Source of the DNA: Anaerolineae bacterium
GTDB lineage: Bacteria > Chloroflexota > Anaerolineae > Aggregatilineales > UBA3940
DNA length: 64,000 nt
Assembly (NCBI GenBank): GCA_034435375.1
Contig: DAOTXR010000073.1
Span: 231,480 to 295,479, forward strand
Direction of reading: 5' to 3'
The position numbers and the translations under genes are program-made. Shown here one piece after another: positions 19,639 through 29,121 of the stretch. The notes under the pieces are model-generated. The model did not search any database. It was not told where the DNA came from and worked only from the letters and a program-made list of their open reading frames with translations. Positions within the stretch are counted from its first letter, which is position 1. The number at the start of each line of letters is the position of its first letter.

Positions 19639-20193
19639 TCAGAGGCTGGATGAGCTTGCCAGCCAGGGGTGGCCTGCCTGAGTAAACGTGTTGACAAACT
19701 GCTGAAGCTGCCGCTCCAGTTCTTCTGCCGTCGAGAAGGACCAAATCTGGTCCTCGCCATCGTGATGCAACCTGCCGGGCAGACTCGACATCCGGGTGTG
19801 CAGTCGCCCCGACCAGGCTGGAACAGCAATCTGGGTTGTCGGGTCCTGCACTTTGAAGCGATCTAGGTTGATGAAGTAGCGGTGCACTTTGCTATTGGGC
19901 AGAAAGTGCGCCCACTCGTCGTGCTCAAAATGGACACGCAGCAGAACGTCTGGCAGCAGGTAGCTGATAAACCGCACATTGGCGTGATAGGTATCCATCG
20001 TGTTGTCCACGCGACCAGCCAACTTGACGACTATATCGCTGCTCTTCAACTCATAGCCCAGGCTGCCCAACGGACCCTGTAGCGCATCGACGATGGGCTG
20101 GTTGAATGCCTGCTGAAGCATGGCGACATCCGGCGGGTCATCGTCAAGGGGTGCGTGAGGTAAATGCCACAAATAATCGTTGATCTTGGTCAT
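19639..20193 (-). CDS. Hypothetical protein inside the FDH operon
   Basis: 184-aa ORF from ATG 20193 (GATTCCTCG upstream, weak RBS), co-oriented between the Fe-S subunit and FDH alpha; no motif recognised. Confidence 0.55.
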   Translation of the reverse strand: MTKINDYLWHLPHAPLDDDPPDVAMLQQAFNQPIVDALQGPLGSLGYELKSSDIVVKLAGRVDNTMDTYHANVRFISYLLPDVLLRVHFEHDEWAHFLPNSKVHRYFINLDRFKVQDPTTQIAVPAWSGRLHTRMSSLPGRLHHDGEDQIWSFSTAEELERQLQQFVNTFTQAGHPWLASSSSL

Positions 20194-20239
20194 CGAGGAA
20201 TCTCGCTTTGAGGCGCCCCACAGGGGTGCTTTCAATGAA

Positions 20240-20953
20240 CTACCCTTCTACTCTCTGTTTGTGGCTTTTCTTGCCCTGGCGCGTGATCTGCCTGATCTTC
20301 TCTAGGTCGAAACCCTGCTCCAGGCCCCACTGCACCTTCGGCTTGAGCGCGCCCGTGGGGCACACCCCTACACACTGCCCACAGAACACGCAGGTAGTAT
20401 CTGGCATAGGGGAATCGGCGAAGGTAGCAATATGGGTGTGAAAGCCGCGCTCGCCGAAGTTGAGGGCAAAGGCAAATTGCCCATCATCGGCACAGACCTG
20501 CACGCAGCGCCAGCACAACACACACTGCGAATAATCGCGCACGTAAAAGGGATTATCGTCTTTGAGCGGATGGGTGCGCTTCTCACCCTCGTCAAAACGC
20601 TGGGGGTCAGCACGATAGTCGGCCAGCATGGCCTGGAGGTCAGGCGCTTCGCTCAGGTCCACCGTCGAGTTGAGCAGCTCCAAGATGGTGCGGCGAGCCA
20701 GCACGACGCGCTCGCTGCGGGTGTGAACGACCATCCCTGGCGTGCACTCAGCCACACACGATGCCACAAGCACGCGCGACTTTTCGACCTCGACGACACA
20801 CAGGCGACACACCGCAGGCGGCGTCAGCCGTTCGTGGTAGCAGACGTGCGGGATGTCAATGCCAATCTGGCGGGCCGCCTGGAGGATGGTCGTGCCACGC
20901 GGCACCGTCACTTGCTGTTGGTCGATAGTGAGGGTGATCATGTCATCAGCCAT
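20240..20953 (-). CDS. Fe-S electron-transfer subunit ([2Fe-2S] plus 2x[4Fe-4S]; NuoG-N/HoxU-like)
   Basis: [15 protein letters not shown]...[32 protein letters not shown]. Confidence 0.9.
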   Translation of the reverse strand: MADDMITLTIDQQQVTVPRGTTILQAARQIGIDIPHVCYHERLTPPAVCRLCVVEVEKSRVLVASCVAECTPGMVVHTRSERVVLARRTILELLNSTVDLSEAPDLQAMLADYRADPQRFDEGEKRTHPLKDDNPFYVRDYSQCVLCWRCVQVCADDGQFAFALNFGERGFHTHIATFADSPMPDTTCVFCGQCVGVCPTGALKPKVQWGLEQGFDLEKIRQITRQGKKSHKQRVEG

Positions 20954-21038
20954 GCAGTATCATCTCCATAAAAGTACAAACTCAGGAGCGCCTGGTCACC
21001 AAGACAGCTTCACAACGCGGAGAGCCGGCAATACATGC

Positions 21039-21869
21039 CTACACCTGCGCAGCAGCCATCACTGGAGGGGACGCGCCTTCTGGGCACAGCACCCGCCTGG
21101 GATGGGTGTAGATATTCATGCTGTTGCGGCGCAGGTAGCCAATCAACGTCACATTCCACTCGCGGGCCAGACGGACCGACAGACTGGTTGGAGAGGTACG
21201 CGACGCGACCAGCGGCACTCCCATACTGCGCGCCTTGTTGATCATCTCCGAGCTGACACGTCCGGTGGTCAGGATGGCGCAGCCATGCGTGTCGACGCCA
21301 GCCTTGAGCGCCAGACCGCGCAGTTTGTCAAGCGTGTTGTGACGCCCCACATCCTCTGCGGTGAAAAGCACCTGCTCACCATCGCTAAGCACAGAGGTGT
21401 GCACCCCACGTGACCGGCTGTACAGGGTCGCTCTCTGGTAGAGAGCATCCATCAGCGCCCACAGTCGACCCGGCGTGACGCATATCTCGGCCTCGACCGG
21501 CGGGTGGGCGGCGCTCAGATCGTCGAACGTGACCCCCCCGCCACAGCCTGATGTGAGGATCAGGCGGCGGGGCGGCTCGAAGCGACCAATAGCCAGCCAC
21601 ACGTCCACACATGCTCTGCTAGGGCAGATGTGGACAGCCCGCACATCGCTCATTGAGCGGAGTGTGCCTTCGTTAGCCAGGAAACCTAGCGCCAGGGCGT
21701 CCTGATCGCGAGGCGTGCACATGACAGTCGCCAGCTCCTGACCGTTGACGAAGATCGAGACCAGCCGTTCGTCGATGATCTCGGCATCGACCTCCTCCCA
21801 CGCACCGCCGCGCCTGACGGTGGTGTAAGTCACGGGCGTCGTTCCCTCACACTGGTATCGATCCTCCAT
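21039..21869 (-). CDS. fdhD: Formate dehydrogenase accessory sulfurtransferase FdhD
   Basis: LILTSGCG, GVHTS, EDVGRHNTLDKL, TTGRVSSEMINK; start placed at MEDRYQ. Confidence 0.93.
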   Translation of the reverse strand: MEDRYQCEGTTPVTYTTVRRGGAWEEVDAEIIDERLVSIFVNGQELATVMCTPRDQDALALGFLANEGTLRSMSDVRAVHICPSRACVDVWLAIGRFEPPRRLILTSGCGGGVTFDDLSAAHPPVEAEICVTPGRLWALMDALYQRATLYSRSRGVHTSVLSDGEQVLFTAEDVGRHNTLDKLRGLALKAGVDTHGCAILTTGRVSSEMINKARSMGVPLVASRTSPTSLSVRLAREWNVTLIGYLRRNSMNIYTHPRRVLCPEGASPPVMAAAQV

Positions 21870-21873
21870 GCCT

Positions 21874-23937
21874 TCATCCCCGCCAACCACTGTCCAACGA
21901 CGACCTGCCAGGCTCTTCCATCACGTCCACTTGAGCTGCACGGTAAGGAGGTGCGATCTCAGGGACCGCAGCCGGGCCAGCTTCGAACGCCTCAGCAATG
22001 CCCGCGCGGATCGCGTCCCAATAGGCGCGCGCTGCCGACCATTTATCCGTGCGGAAGCGATCCACCCAGGCGTGCAGTTCTTCATCCTTCAAGCCGAGGC
22101 CGACCCAACTTTCTAGGTATTGCCAGATGATGTCAACAGTACGTTCACTGTCCCAGAAGACCACGCTGCCGCCTTCCCGTTCAAAAATCTGGCGGGCCAA
22201 CTCGAACTGATGAGCTTTATAATCGACCGGGAAACGGTAGTGGGCCGCGATGATGTCGTCGACAATGGCCTCGGCCCACTTGCGGTGAAAGCGGCACACG
22301 CCGCTGTTCTCGCTGAACAACTCATACACCATGCGGTGCACGCATCGACGCCCCAGTTCGCGCGGCGGCAGGAACTCGACGCCGTAGTAGACAAAGTACT
22401 TGCCCATCATAGGCATAGGGCTGAACATACCCGGCACCCAATACTGATTGGGAGTCATACATCCCCGCTCGCCGTGGGCGGTGAAGACGGCCCGATCGAG
22501 GGTACGCCCACCCACTTCGGCCAGTCCATAACGCTCGTCAAGAGCTGCTGCCGCAGCTCGGATGCCCTGGCGGAACAGTTCGCCCTGCGGTTCGAACAGG
22601 ATCATGGACACAATGGCGCGGGCATATTCAGCGTTGCGGCGCGACGCGGCCACCACATCAAAGTGGGCCGGGTCGCTTTGGAAGGTGAACTGCAGCGCGT
22701 CGGCTGGCGGCAGGCCGAAATCGTCCGGGGGCACGATCCCCTGATGGACTAACTCCATGATCCATGCCACCGTTCCTCCGGCCTGAATGGCATCCCAGCC
22801 TAGCGCATCGACGAAGTGATTGAGTTCTTCAGCCGCCCGCTGGTCGAAGATGCCGCACTGCGGGCCAAGGGCCTGGTAAGGCTCATAGTCCTTCTTATAG
22901 ATGCGATCATACTTCTTGCAGGCCACAGAGCACGGTTCACCGCAGTGGGCAAAGTGCTTTGGCTCGATGATCTCCAGGTTGAATTGCTTCAAGTAGTGAT
23001 CAAGGACAAAGCGATTGTGTTGCTCACGGCGGGCCTGCTGGCTGGCATAGACCGAACTATAGTTGAAGCTAAACAGCCTATCGTCGGCGGTGTACATATT
23101 GACGCCAAACGTGCCGCCAGTGCGGAAGCCGGGTACGTAGCGATACTTTTCAGTCGCGCCCAGGTCCACCTTGATCATCGACTCGCCATAGTAGCACCGG
23201 AAGTAGCCGTCGATCTCCTTCGAGTCGCGGAGGTCCGGGTCTTCCCATGCGCCGCCAAAGATGCAAGCCGCGATACGGTGGCGCTGAAGCAGACGGCTGC
23301 CTAACCCACCACGCCCTGCCCAGTCGTCAATGGGCAGGATGCGACCATCCTTGATCTGGTTGCTGCCGATGATGCCCTGGCTGGTATGGCGGGCTGCCGG
23401 GCCAACGGCCAGGACGCGCACCCAATCGGCGGGATATTCGCCGCCGTAACGGTCAAAGACGGCCTGCTGGAGCGCGTAGAAGCCGAGCAACCACTCGCCG
23501 TCGGGGCCAGCATAGCCGGTCCACAGCACATCGGGGTCGATAGGTTCCAGGCGCACCTGGATTTGCCCATCTTTGTGGTTGAGCAGCAGCACCGAGTCCT
23601 GAGGAGCAGCGCCCTTGAGACAGACAAAGTCAACCCCAACGCGGTGCATGACATAGGCTCCACCGCCCAGACTAGAAACGTAGAACCCCTCCCACTGAGG
23701 CGAATAGCCGCAGAACACCAGCCGCCGCGTGCCGGGGATACGTGAGCCGGCCAGCGGGCCGCCTCCCCAGGTCAGGATAGCGGGGTCGGTCTCACCCGTC
23801 GCCTGGGCCGCCTCACTGAAGCGAACCCAGCCGTAATCGACCGGACCGATGATGCGCTCGTCCGTGATGGGATACAGATGAGTGTTGCCGGTGGTCAGGT
23901 TGATGATCAGCTCGCGCTGCATCAATTCGTGGGTCAT
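21874..23937 (-). CDS. Aldehyde:ferredoxin oxidoreductase (AOR/WOR) family protein
   Basis: AGRGGLGSRL, TGGTFG, CGEPCSVAC, DYEPYQALGPQCGI, NHFVDALGWDAIQAG, CRFH. Confidence 0.8.
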   Translation of the reverse strand: MTHELMQRELIINLTTGNTHLYPITDERIIGPVDYGWVRFSEAAQATGETDPAILTWGGGPLAGSRIPGTRRLVFCGYSPQWEGFYVSSLGGGAYVMHRVGVDFVCLKGAAPQDSVLLLNHKDGQIQVRLEPIDPDVLWTGYAGPDGEWLLGFYALQQAVFDRYGGEYPADWVRVLAVGPAARHTSQGIIGSNQIKDGRILPIDDWAGRGGLGSRLLQRHRIAACIFGGAWEDPDLRDSKEIDGYFRCYYGESMIKVDLGATEKYRYVPGFRTGGTFGVNMYTADDRLFSFNYSSVYASQQARREQHNRFVLDHYLKQFNLEIIEPKHFAHCGEPCSVACKKYDRIYKKDYEPYQALGPQCGIFDQRAAEELNHFVDALGWDAIQAGGTVAWIMELVHQGIVPPDDFGLPPADALQFTFQSDPAHFDVVAASRRNAEYARAIVSMILFEPQGELFRQGIRAAAAALDERYGLAEVGGRTLDRAVFTAHGERGCMTPNQYWVPGMFSPMPMMGKYFVYYGVEFLPPRELGRRCVHRMVYELFSENSGVCRFHRKWAEAIVDDIIAAHYRFPVDYKAHQFELARQIFEREGGSVVFWDSERTVDIIWQYLESWVGLGLKDEELHAWVDRFRTDKWSAARAYWDAIRAGIAEAFEAGPAAVPEIAPPYRAAQVDVMEEPGRSSLDSGWRG

Positions 23938-23982
23938 CGGGCCTACTCCGGGCAAGACACAAGGTCGCGGGGGCCGCCCGCC

Positions 23983-25722
23983 TCACCGGCTACCGTTGGG
24001 CCTGACCAGATCGGGCCACAGTTTAATCGCACTCATCACCGCTGTGGCCGCCGTCTGGCCCAGGCCACAGATCGAAGCGTCAGCCATCGTCCTGCCGAGG
24101 TCTATCAAGCGTTCAACGTCGCCGGGCTGTGAGCGGCCCTCAGCCACCCGATCGAGGATCTCCATCTGACGCTGCGTGCCTAGCTGACATGGGAAGCACT
24201 TGCCGCACGATTCGTGAGCAAAGAAGTGGGCCAACGTGCGCAGCATGTCGCGCAGATCGATGCTGTGGTTGAAGACCATGATCGCCCCGGAGCCAATCGA
24301 GGCGCCAAGCGGGCGCAGATGCTCGAACGTGAGCGGCGTATCGAGATGGTCAGGGGTAAGGAACGCGCCCGCTGCGCCCCCCATCAGAATGGCCTGAGGT
24401 GCTCCCCTAAAGCCGCCACACCAGCGCTCGATCAGGTCGCGCAGAGGGATACCCAGAGGGGCCTCGACGACACCCGGCTGGTTGACATGCCCGCTGACGC
24501 AGAACAGCTTGTAACCAGTTGATTCAGGAGTCCCCCACTGCCGATACCATTCACCGCCATGCCACACGATGTCAGGCACCTGGGCCAGCGTCTCCACATT
24601 GTTGATCACGGTCGGCTTGCCGAACACGCCATGTGTGGTGGGGAACGGCGGCTTGACACGGGGATAGCCGCGTTTGCCCTCGATGGCCTCGAACAACGCC
24701 GTCTCTTCGCCGCACACGTAGGCCCCAGCCCCACGCCTGATAGTGATGTCGAAGTCGAAGTCGCTGCCGAGAATCTTCTTGCCGAGCAGCCCTGCCGCGT
24801 ATAGCGCCTCGATGGCTCGCTGGACAATGGCCGTCGCCTGGGGGTACTCGCCACGGATAAAGACGAAACCTTGAGATGAGCCAATGGCGTAGCCAGCGAT
24901 GGCCATGCCGACCAGGATGGGGAACGGGTCGCCCTCCAGCAGCACACGATCTTTGAAGGTGCCTGGCTCGCTCTCATCGGCATTGCACACGACGTATTTC
25001 GGCGTGCCTGCCGCCCCGCGTGTAAACTGCCATTTCATCCCCACCGGGAAAGCTGCACCGCCGCGCCCCACCAGATTGGCAGCCTTGATGGTGTCGATGA
25101 CCTGCTCCGGCGTCATCTCGGCGAGGACTTTCTTGAGCGGCTCAAAGGTGGCCGCCGCGCGGTGCGCTTCCAGGTCAGTCGGTGGGATCACGCCAATATG
25201 GCGGGTTAGGTTACGCGGCTCGCCAGTGACGCGCAGGACGGAGGTGGGCGCGGTGGCAGCGAACAGCTCATCCACCGTTTCAGAGGACAGGCCCACTAGC
25301 GCTAGGTCATCGACCAGCGCCGCCGGAGCCTGGTCGCACAAGCCCAGACAGGTGCAACGTTCAACTGTCACCTCACCATCAGCGGAGGTCTGGCCAGGGT
25401 GAATCCCCCCGGCCCGCTGGCAGGCCGCAACCAGCACATCCTCGGCCCCAGCAGCAGCACAGGCGGGGTCGGTGCAGATGCGGATAATGCGTTTGCCCAC
25501 CGGTTCCCGGTAGAGCAGAGTGTAAAACTCCGTCACCCCATGGATGTCAGCCAGAGGCACGTGCAGCGCCTGGCCAATAGCAACCAGGACAGGCGTCGGC
25601 AGGTAGCCGTAGATGCGCTGCGCATCATACAGCGCAGGCAGCAGATCGGCGCGAGAGCCTCCCTGGTATTTATCGAGCACAGGCTGGAGCAACGAGAGGT
25701 CGATGTGGCCGTCTGTACTCAT
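23983..25722 (-). CDS. Fused NuoE-NuoF-like (HoxF-type) NAD(H) diaphorase subunit
   Basis: CTDPAC and CLGLC [2Fe-2S] ligands; GRGGAAFP, CNADESEPGTFKD, GAGAYVCGEE, ESCGKCFPC...CGLG. Confidence 0.92.
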   Translation of the reverse strand: MSTDGHIDLSLLQPVLDKYQGGSRADLLPALYDAQRIYGYLPTPVLVAIGQALHVPLADIHGVTEFYTLLYREPVGKRIIRICTDPACAAAGAEDVLVAACQRAGGIHPGQTSADGEVTVERCTCLGLCDQAPAALVDDLALVGLSSETVDELFAATAPTSVLRVTGEPRNLTRHIGVIPPTDLEAHRAAATFEPLKKVLAEMTPEQVIDTIKAANLVGRGGAAFPVGMKWQFTRGAAGTPKYVVCNADESEPGTFKDRVLLEGDPFPILVGMAIAGYAIGSSQGFVFIRGEYPQATAIVQRAIEALYAAGLLGKKILGSDFDFDITIRRGAGAYVCGEETALFEAIEGKRGYPRVKPPFPTTHGVFGKPTVINNVETLAQVPDIVWHGGEWYRQWGTPESTGYKLFCVSGHVNQPGVVEAPLGIPLRDLIERWCGGFRGAPQAILMGGAAGAFLTPDHLDTPLTFEHLRPLGASIGSGAIMVFNHSIDLRDMLRTLAHFFAHESCGKCFPCQLGTQRQMEILDRVAEGRSQPGDVERLIDLGRTMADASICGLGQTAATAVMSAIKLWPDLVRPNGSR

Positions 25723-26133
25723 GTAGCGCTTCCTGACTAAGAAGTATGAGCTGTCGCGGAATTTTCAGACGCGGGTTCTGGGCGCAATGCCCGCCTACCC
25801 CGGCGTGCTGCGGGTGAGATCTCACTTGGCACGCGCTACCAGACAGGATACCCCAGTCACGTGGGGATGTAAAGCCAAACCGGAACGATTCGAGAAGTTC
25901 GTCACGCCAGATCGTGACAAGTCTACAACAGATGAAACCAGCGGCCCTGCGCAGGTATACACCCTCAAGTCCAGAAGAGTGAATGCATGTCGGCTGTGGG
26001 GCAGCTCAGCGCCGCCGCGATCCCACTGGGGTTCCTGCCCCAAACGAGGAACACGCCCCAAAAGAGACCGGGGCTTTACGACCGGGTGGATTGGTGTTAG
26101 GCTATGATCAAGCCACACCGATCATGAGGAACT

Positions 26134-27498
26134 ATGGTTACACCATCGTTTGAAAGTCTGACGCTCGCCCAGATCTCGATGCGAATCCTGGCGGGGACAC
26201 TATCTCCAGTAGACGTGGTCGAGGCGTGCTTAGCGCGCATCGAGCGGCTGAACCCGACGCTCAACGCCTTCCTGACCGTCCTGGCTGAGGATGCCCGACG
26301 TGAGGCTCGTCAGGCAGAAGAAGCCCTGGAACGCGGCGAGGATTGGGGGCCGCTGCATGGCATCCCGATCGGCGTCAAAGACCTGATCGATGTAGCAGGC
26401 GTACCCACCACCGCAGGCAGTGACTTCTTACGCCACAACGTAGCTACAGCCGACGCGACTGTCGTCCAGCAGCTCAGAGCGGCAGGCGCGATTGTCATCG
26501 GCAAGACACACCTGCACGAATTTGCCATTGGTGCGACCAACGTCAATCCGCACTATGGTCCAGCCCGCAACCCGTGGAATCCGGCGCTTAGCCCCGGCGG
26601 ATCGAGCGGCGGATCGGCAGCGGCGGTGGCCGCCGGCATGTGCCCCGCCGCATTAGGCACCGACACTGGAGGGTCGGTGCGGGTGCCGGCAGCGCTGTGT
26701 GGGTTGACGGGGCTACGACCACCCACCGGCCAGGTCAGCACGTTAGGTGTGGTGCCGATGAGCTGGACGCTCGATACGGTGGGACCGATGGCCCATACTG
26801 CTCACGACGTAGCCCTGCTGATGGATGCGCTCGACCTGAGCGCACCCTCGCGTCACACCGACCAGCTGCGCGAGCCGGTGCGGGGCCTGCGCGTGGGGCA
26901 ACCCGGCGACCGTTTCTTTTGGCAAGAGACAGACGTGGAGATCGTAGCGGCGGTGCATGCCGCTGTCGATGCGCTGGCTGACCAGGGGGCAGAAGCCGTC
27001 GAGGTGAGCCTGCCGGAGGTTGAGGATGCCCTGCGAGCTGCTGCGGTGATCGGGCTGGGCGATGCGGCAGCCTATCACCGGGAACGGCTGGCGGCAGAAC
27101 CGGAGCGGTTCGGCGCGGACGTGCGGACGCGCTTAGAGTGGGGATTGTCGAACAGCGCCGCCGACTATGCTCAGGCAGTCCGGACTGGGAATGCATGGCG
27201 GGCGGGGTTGCTGCGCCTGTTTCGCGACGAGATAGATGTGCTGATCACGCCCACCACACCGGTGGCAGCCCACGAGATCGCCGGAAGCGAGGGACTGAAG
27301 GCCGCGCGGGAACTGCTGCGCTTCACGTATCCCTTCAGCCTGAGCGGGCTGGCGGCCCTGTCGATGCCGTGCGGAGTCACACGGGATGGGCTGCCCGTGG
27401 GAGCGCAGGTGATCGCGCCAGAGACAGGCACCGTGCTCAGGGTCGCCTATGCATACCAGCAGGCCACTGACTGGCACATGCGGCGGCCTGACATATAG
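26134..27498 (+). CDS. Amidase signature family protein (GatA-like)
   Basis: GVKDL, PGGSSGGSAAAVAAG, GTDTGGSVRVPAALCG (Ser-cisSer-Lys triad). Confidence 0.92.
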   Translation: MVTPSFESLTLAQISMRILAGTLSPVDVVEACLARIERLNPTLNAFLTVLAEDARREARQAEEALERGEDWGPLHGIPIGVKDLIDVAGVPTTAGSDFLRHNVATADATVVQQLRAAGAIVIGKTHLHEFAIGATNVNPHYGPARNPWNPALSPGGSSGGSAAAVAAGMCPAALGTDTGGSVRVPAALCGLTGLRPPTGQVSTLGVVPMSWTLDTVGPMAHTAHDVALLMDALDLSAPSRHTDQLREPVRGLRVGQPGDRFFWQETDVEIVAAVHAAVDALADQGAEAVEVSLPEVEDALRAAAVIGLGDAAAYHRERLAAEPERFGADVRTRLEWGLSNSAADYAQAVRTGNAWRAGLLRLFRDEIDVLITPTTPVAAHEIAGSEGLKAARELLRFTYPFSLSGLAALSMPCGVTRDGLPVGAQVIAPETGTVLRVAYAYQQATDWHMRRPDI

Positions 27499-27606
27499 TT
27501 CCTATCTGCTGATTCGACGGCCACATCCAGCTCTCACGGAGAGAGCTTCCACGCCATCGAGGCCAAACCGAGCATTCAGCCCAAAGCCCCCTCTTTGAGA
27601 ATACGG

Positions 27607-28059
27607 TCACTCTCCACTGGCGCGAGACAGAGCCGGCTCAAAGGCAGTGATACGCTCGCGCCAGACATCGGGAATTGGGATTGAGGTGTTGCGAGAGTAG
27701 TCATACGCAACCTGTACAGTCATCCCCAAGGCAGCGATCTCCGGCGGTTGGTCGCGCCGCTGACGGGTGAGGACATACTCAAAGTCAAAGCTCTTGTGCC
27801 CCAGGCGTGCCGTGCGCAGATAGAGACGCACCTCATCTCCCCATACCAAGGGCAGCAGATAGTCGCAGGTAGCGCGGGCGACGATCACACCAAAGTCATG
27901 CCAGCCACCGCTCCAGCCCACCACCTGGGCGAAGTAGTGAACGCGGGCTGTCTCCATGTAGGTGAAGTAGGTGACGTTGTTGACATGCTGCAAAGCGTCG
28001 ATGTCAGCGTAGCGCAGCTCAACAGGACAGGAGAAGCGAAAAAGCGACAAATCGGGCAT
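27607..28059 (-). CDS. Acyl-CoA thioesterase (hotdog fold, YbgC/FadM-like)
   Basis: LRYADIDALQHVNNVTYFTYMETAR; GAGG RBS before MPDL. Confidence 0.9.
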   Translation of the reverse strand: MPDLSLFRFSCPVELRYADIDALQHVNNVTYFTYMETARVHYFAQVVGWSGGWHDFGVIVARATCDYLLPLVWGDEVRLYLRTARLGHKSFDFEYVLTRQRRDQPPEIAALGMTVQVAYDYSRNTSIPIPDVWRERITAFEPALSRASGE

Positions 28060-28189
28060 GAAATTTCCTCGGAATGCCTGTATAGTCAGTGAAAGGCTGG
28101 TGCAGGAGATTGTAACACACCTTGCCAACGCGGTGAGTGGAAAGAGCGGCTTGCGGATGGATGGCCGCCTGATGCAGACGGGGGAACAG

Positions 28190-28753
28190 ATGATGAGCCA
28201 AGATGTGCAGGCATGGCTGAGGGATGTAGAGGATCGCGACTGGACAGTGCGTAGCGAGGCAATCCGGCGGCTGGAGGTGATGGGGGACCCGGCAGCAGCG
28301 CCGGGGCTGATCCGGATGCTAAGGGACGAGAGCCAGTATGTGCGAGCTGCCGCCGCGCGGGCGCTGGGGAAGCTGAAGAGCGCCGAGTCAGTGCCAGCTC
28401 TGATCGCCGCGATGGACGACAAGGCGTTCATCGTTCAGCAGAGCGCCATGTGGGCCTTGGGGGATATCGGCCCGGCGGCGAAAGATGCGCTCCCCGTGTT
28501 GCGCGGCAGAGCCGAGGACCCGACGTGCTACAAAGAGCGCATTGAGCTGACGGTGGGACAGGTAGCTCGCCTGGCCATCTCGCGCATTGAGGCCGAACCA
28601 GAGCCAGTGGCCGAGGCTCTACCTGCCAGCGGGGTCCCTGCCTCTGCTGCTGAGGCGCAGACACAGCGCGTGCTGACTCCAGAGGAGCGCAAGGCCAAGC
28701 GCGAAGCAGCCCTGGCCCGCAAACGCGCCCAGGAAGGGGGAGCATCGGTCTGA
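28190..28753 (+). CDS. HEAT-repeat (PBS lyase-like) protein
   Basis: Three repeats of the type D-x-x-x-x-VR-x-x-AA-x-ALG (WTVRSEAIRRLE, QYVRAAAARALG, FIVQQSAMWALG). Confidence 0.8.
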   Translation: MMSQDVQAWLRDVEDRDWTVRSEAIRRLEVMGDPAAAPGLIRMLRDESQYVRAAAARALGKLKSAESVPALIAAMDDKAFIVQQSAMWALGDIGPAAKDALPVLRGRAEDPTCYKERIELTVGQVARLAISRIEAEPEPVAEALPASGVPASAAEAQTQRVLTPEERKAKREAALARKRAQEGGASV

Positions 28754-28823
28754 CGCCATGCCCAGGGCACATTGTTAAGAGATTGTAATCGCAATGCGGG
28801 TGAACAGGTGGTATGATCGGGCT

Positions 28824-29019
28824 GGTTCGTGAGCGCTTTCACGATCTTCACCTTCACAACCCAACCCGTGACGTCACATCGATCTTCGACCTGAACGCCT
28901 GAACATCCACATCATCGACATCGACAACGCCCTCAGCGCCTATCCTCACCTAAGACGCCGACCGACAGAAGCGCTCAACACCACCCTGGACCGCGACACC
29001 CGTCGCGGTCCTGTTTTTT
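28824..29019 (+). ncRNA. Candidate stand-alone small RNA of about 195 nt
   Basis: Extended -10 TGGTATGAT (28809-28817), 9-bp end-pairing TGAGCGCTT (28830-38) with AAGCGCTCA (28969-77), G-poor interior, intrinsic terminator. No Rfam family recognised. Confidence 0.45.
28988..29019 (+). terminator. Intrinsic terminator
   Basis: GGACCGCGAC-ACCC-GTCGCGGTCC followed by TGTTTTTT. Confidence 0.85.
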
Positions 29020-29121
29020 ACCCGGCAAGGAGACTCTCTGGTACACTGTGGACAGCAGTGAAGGTCTTTTTGGGAGATCCAAAACGCTGACAGGGCTGCG
29101 GTCAGCCTGGGCACAGCATAT

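Noticed and set aside
25780-25880. Possible ZTP or Moco riboswitch ahead of the FDH/AOR operon (GTGACTGG on the minus strand)
   Set aside because: Lacks the UGGCG/CGCCUGGGC pseudoknot pair of ZTP and the GGAAAC core of Moco switches as I recall them; an Rfam scan would be decisive.
28824-29019. 6S RNA or amino-acid attenuator as the identity of the candidate RNA
   Set aside because: The interior is too G-poor to form the long 6S hairpin; there is no antiterminator and no amino-acid biosynthesis gene downstream.
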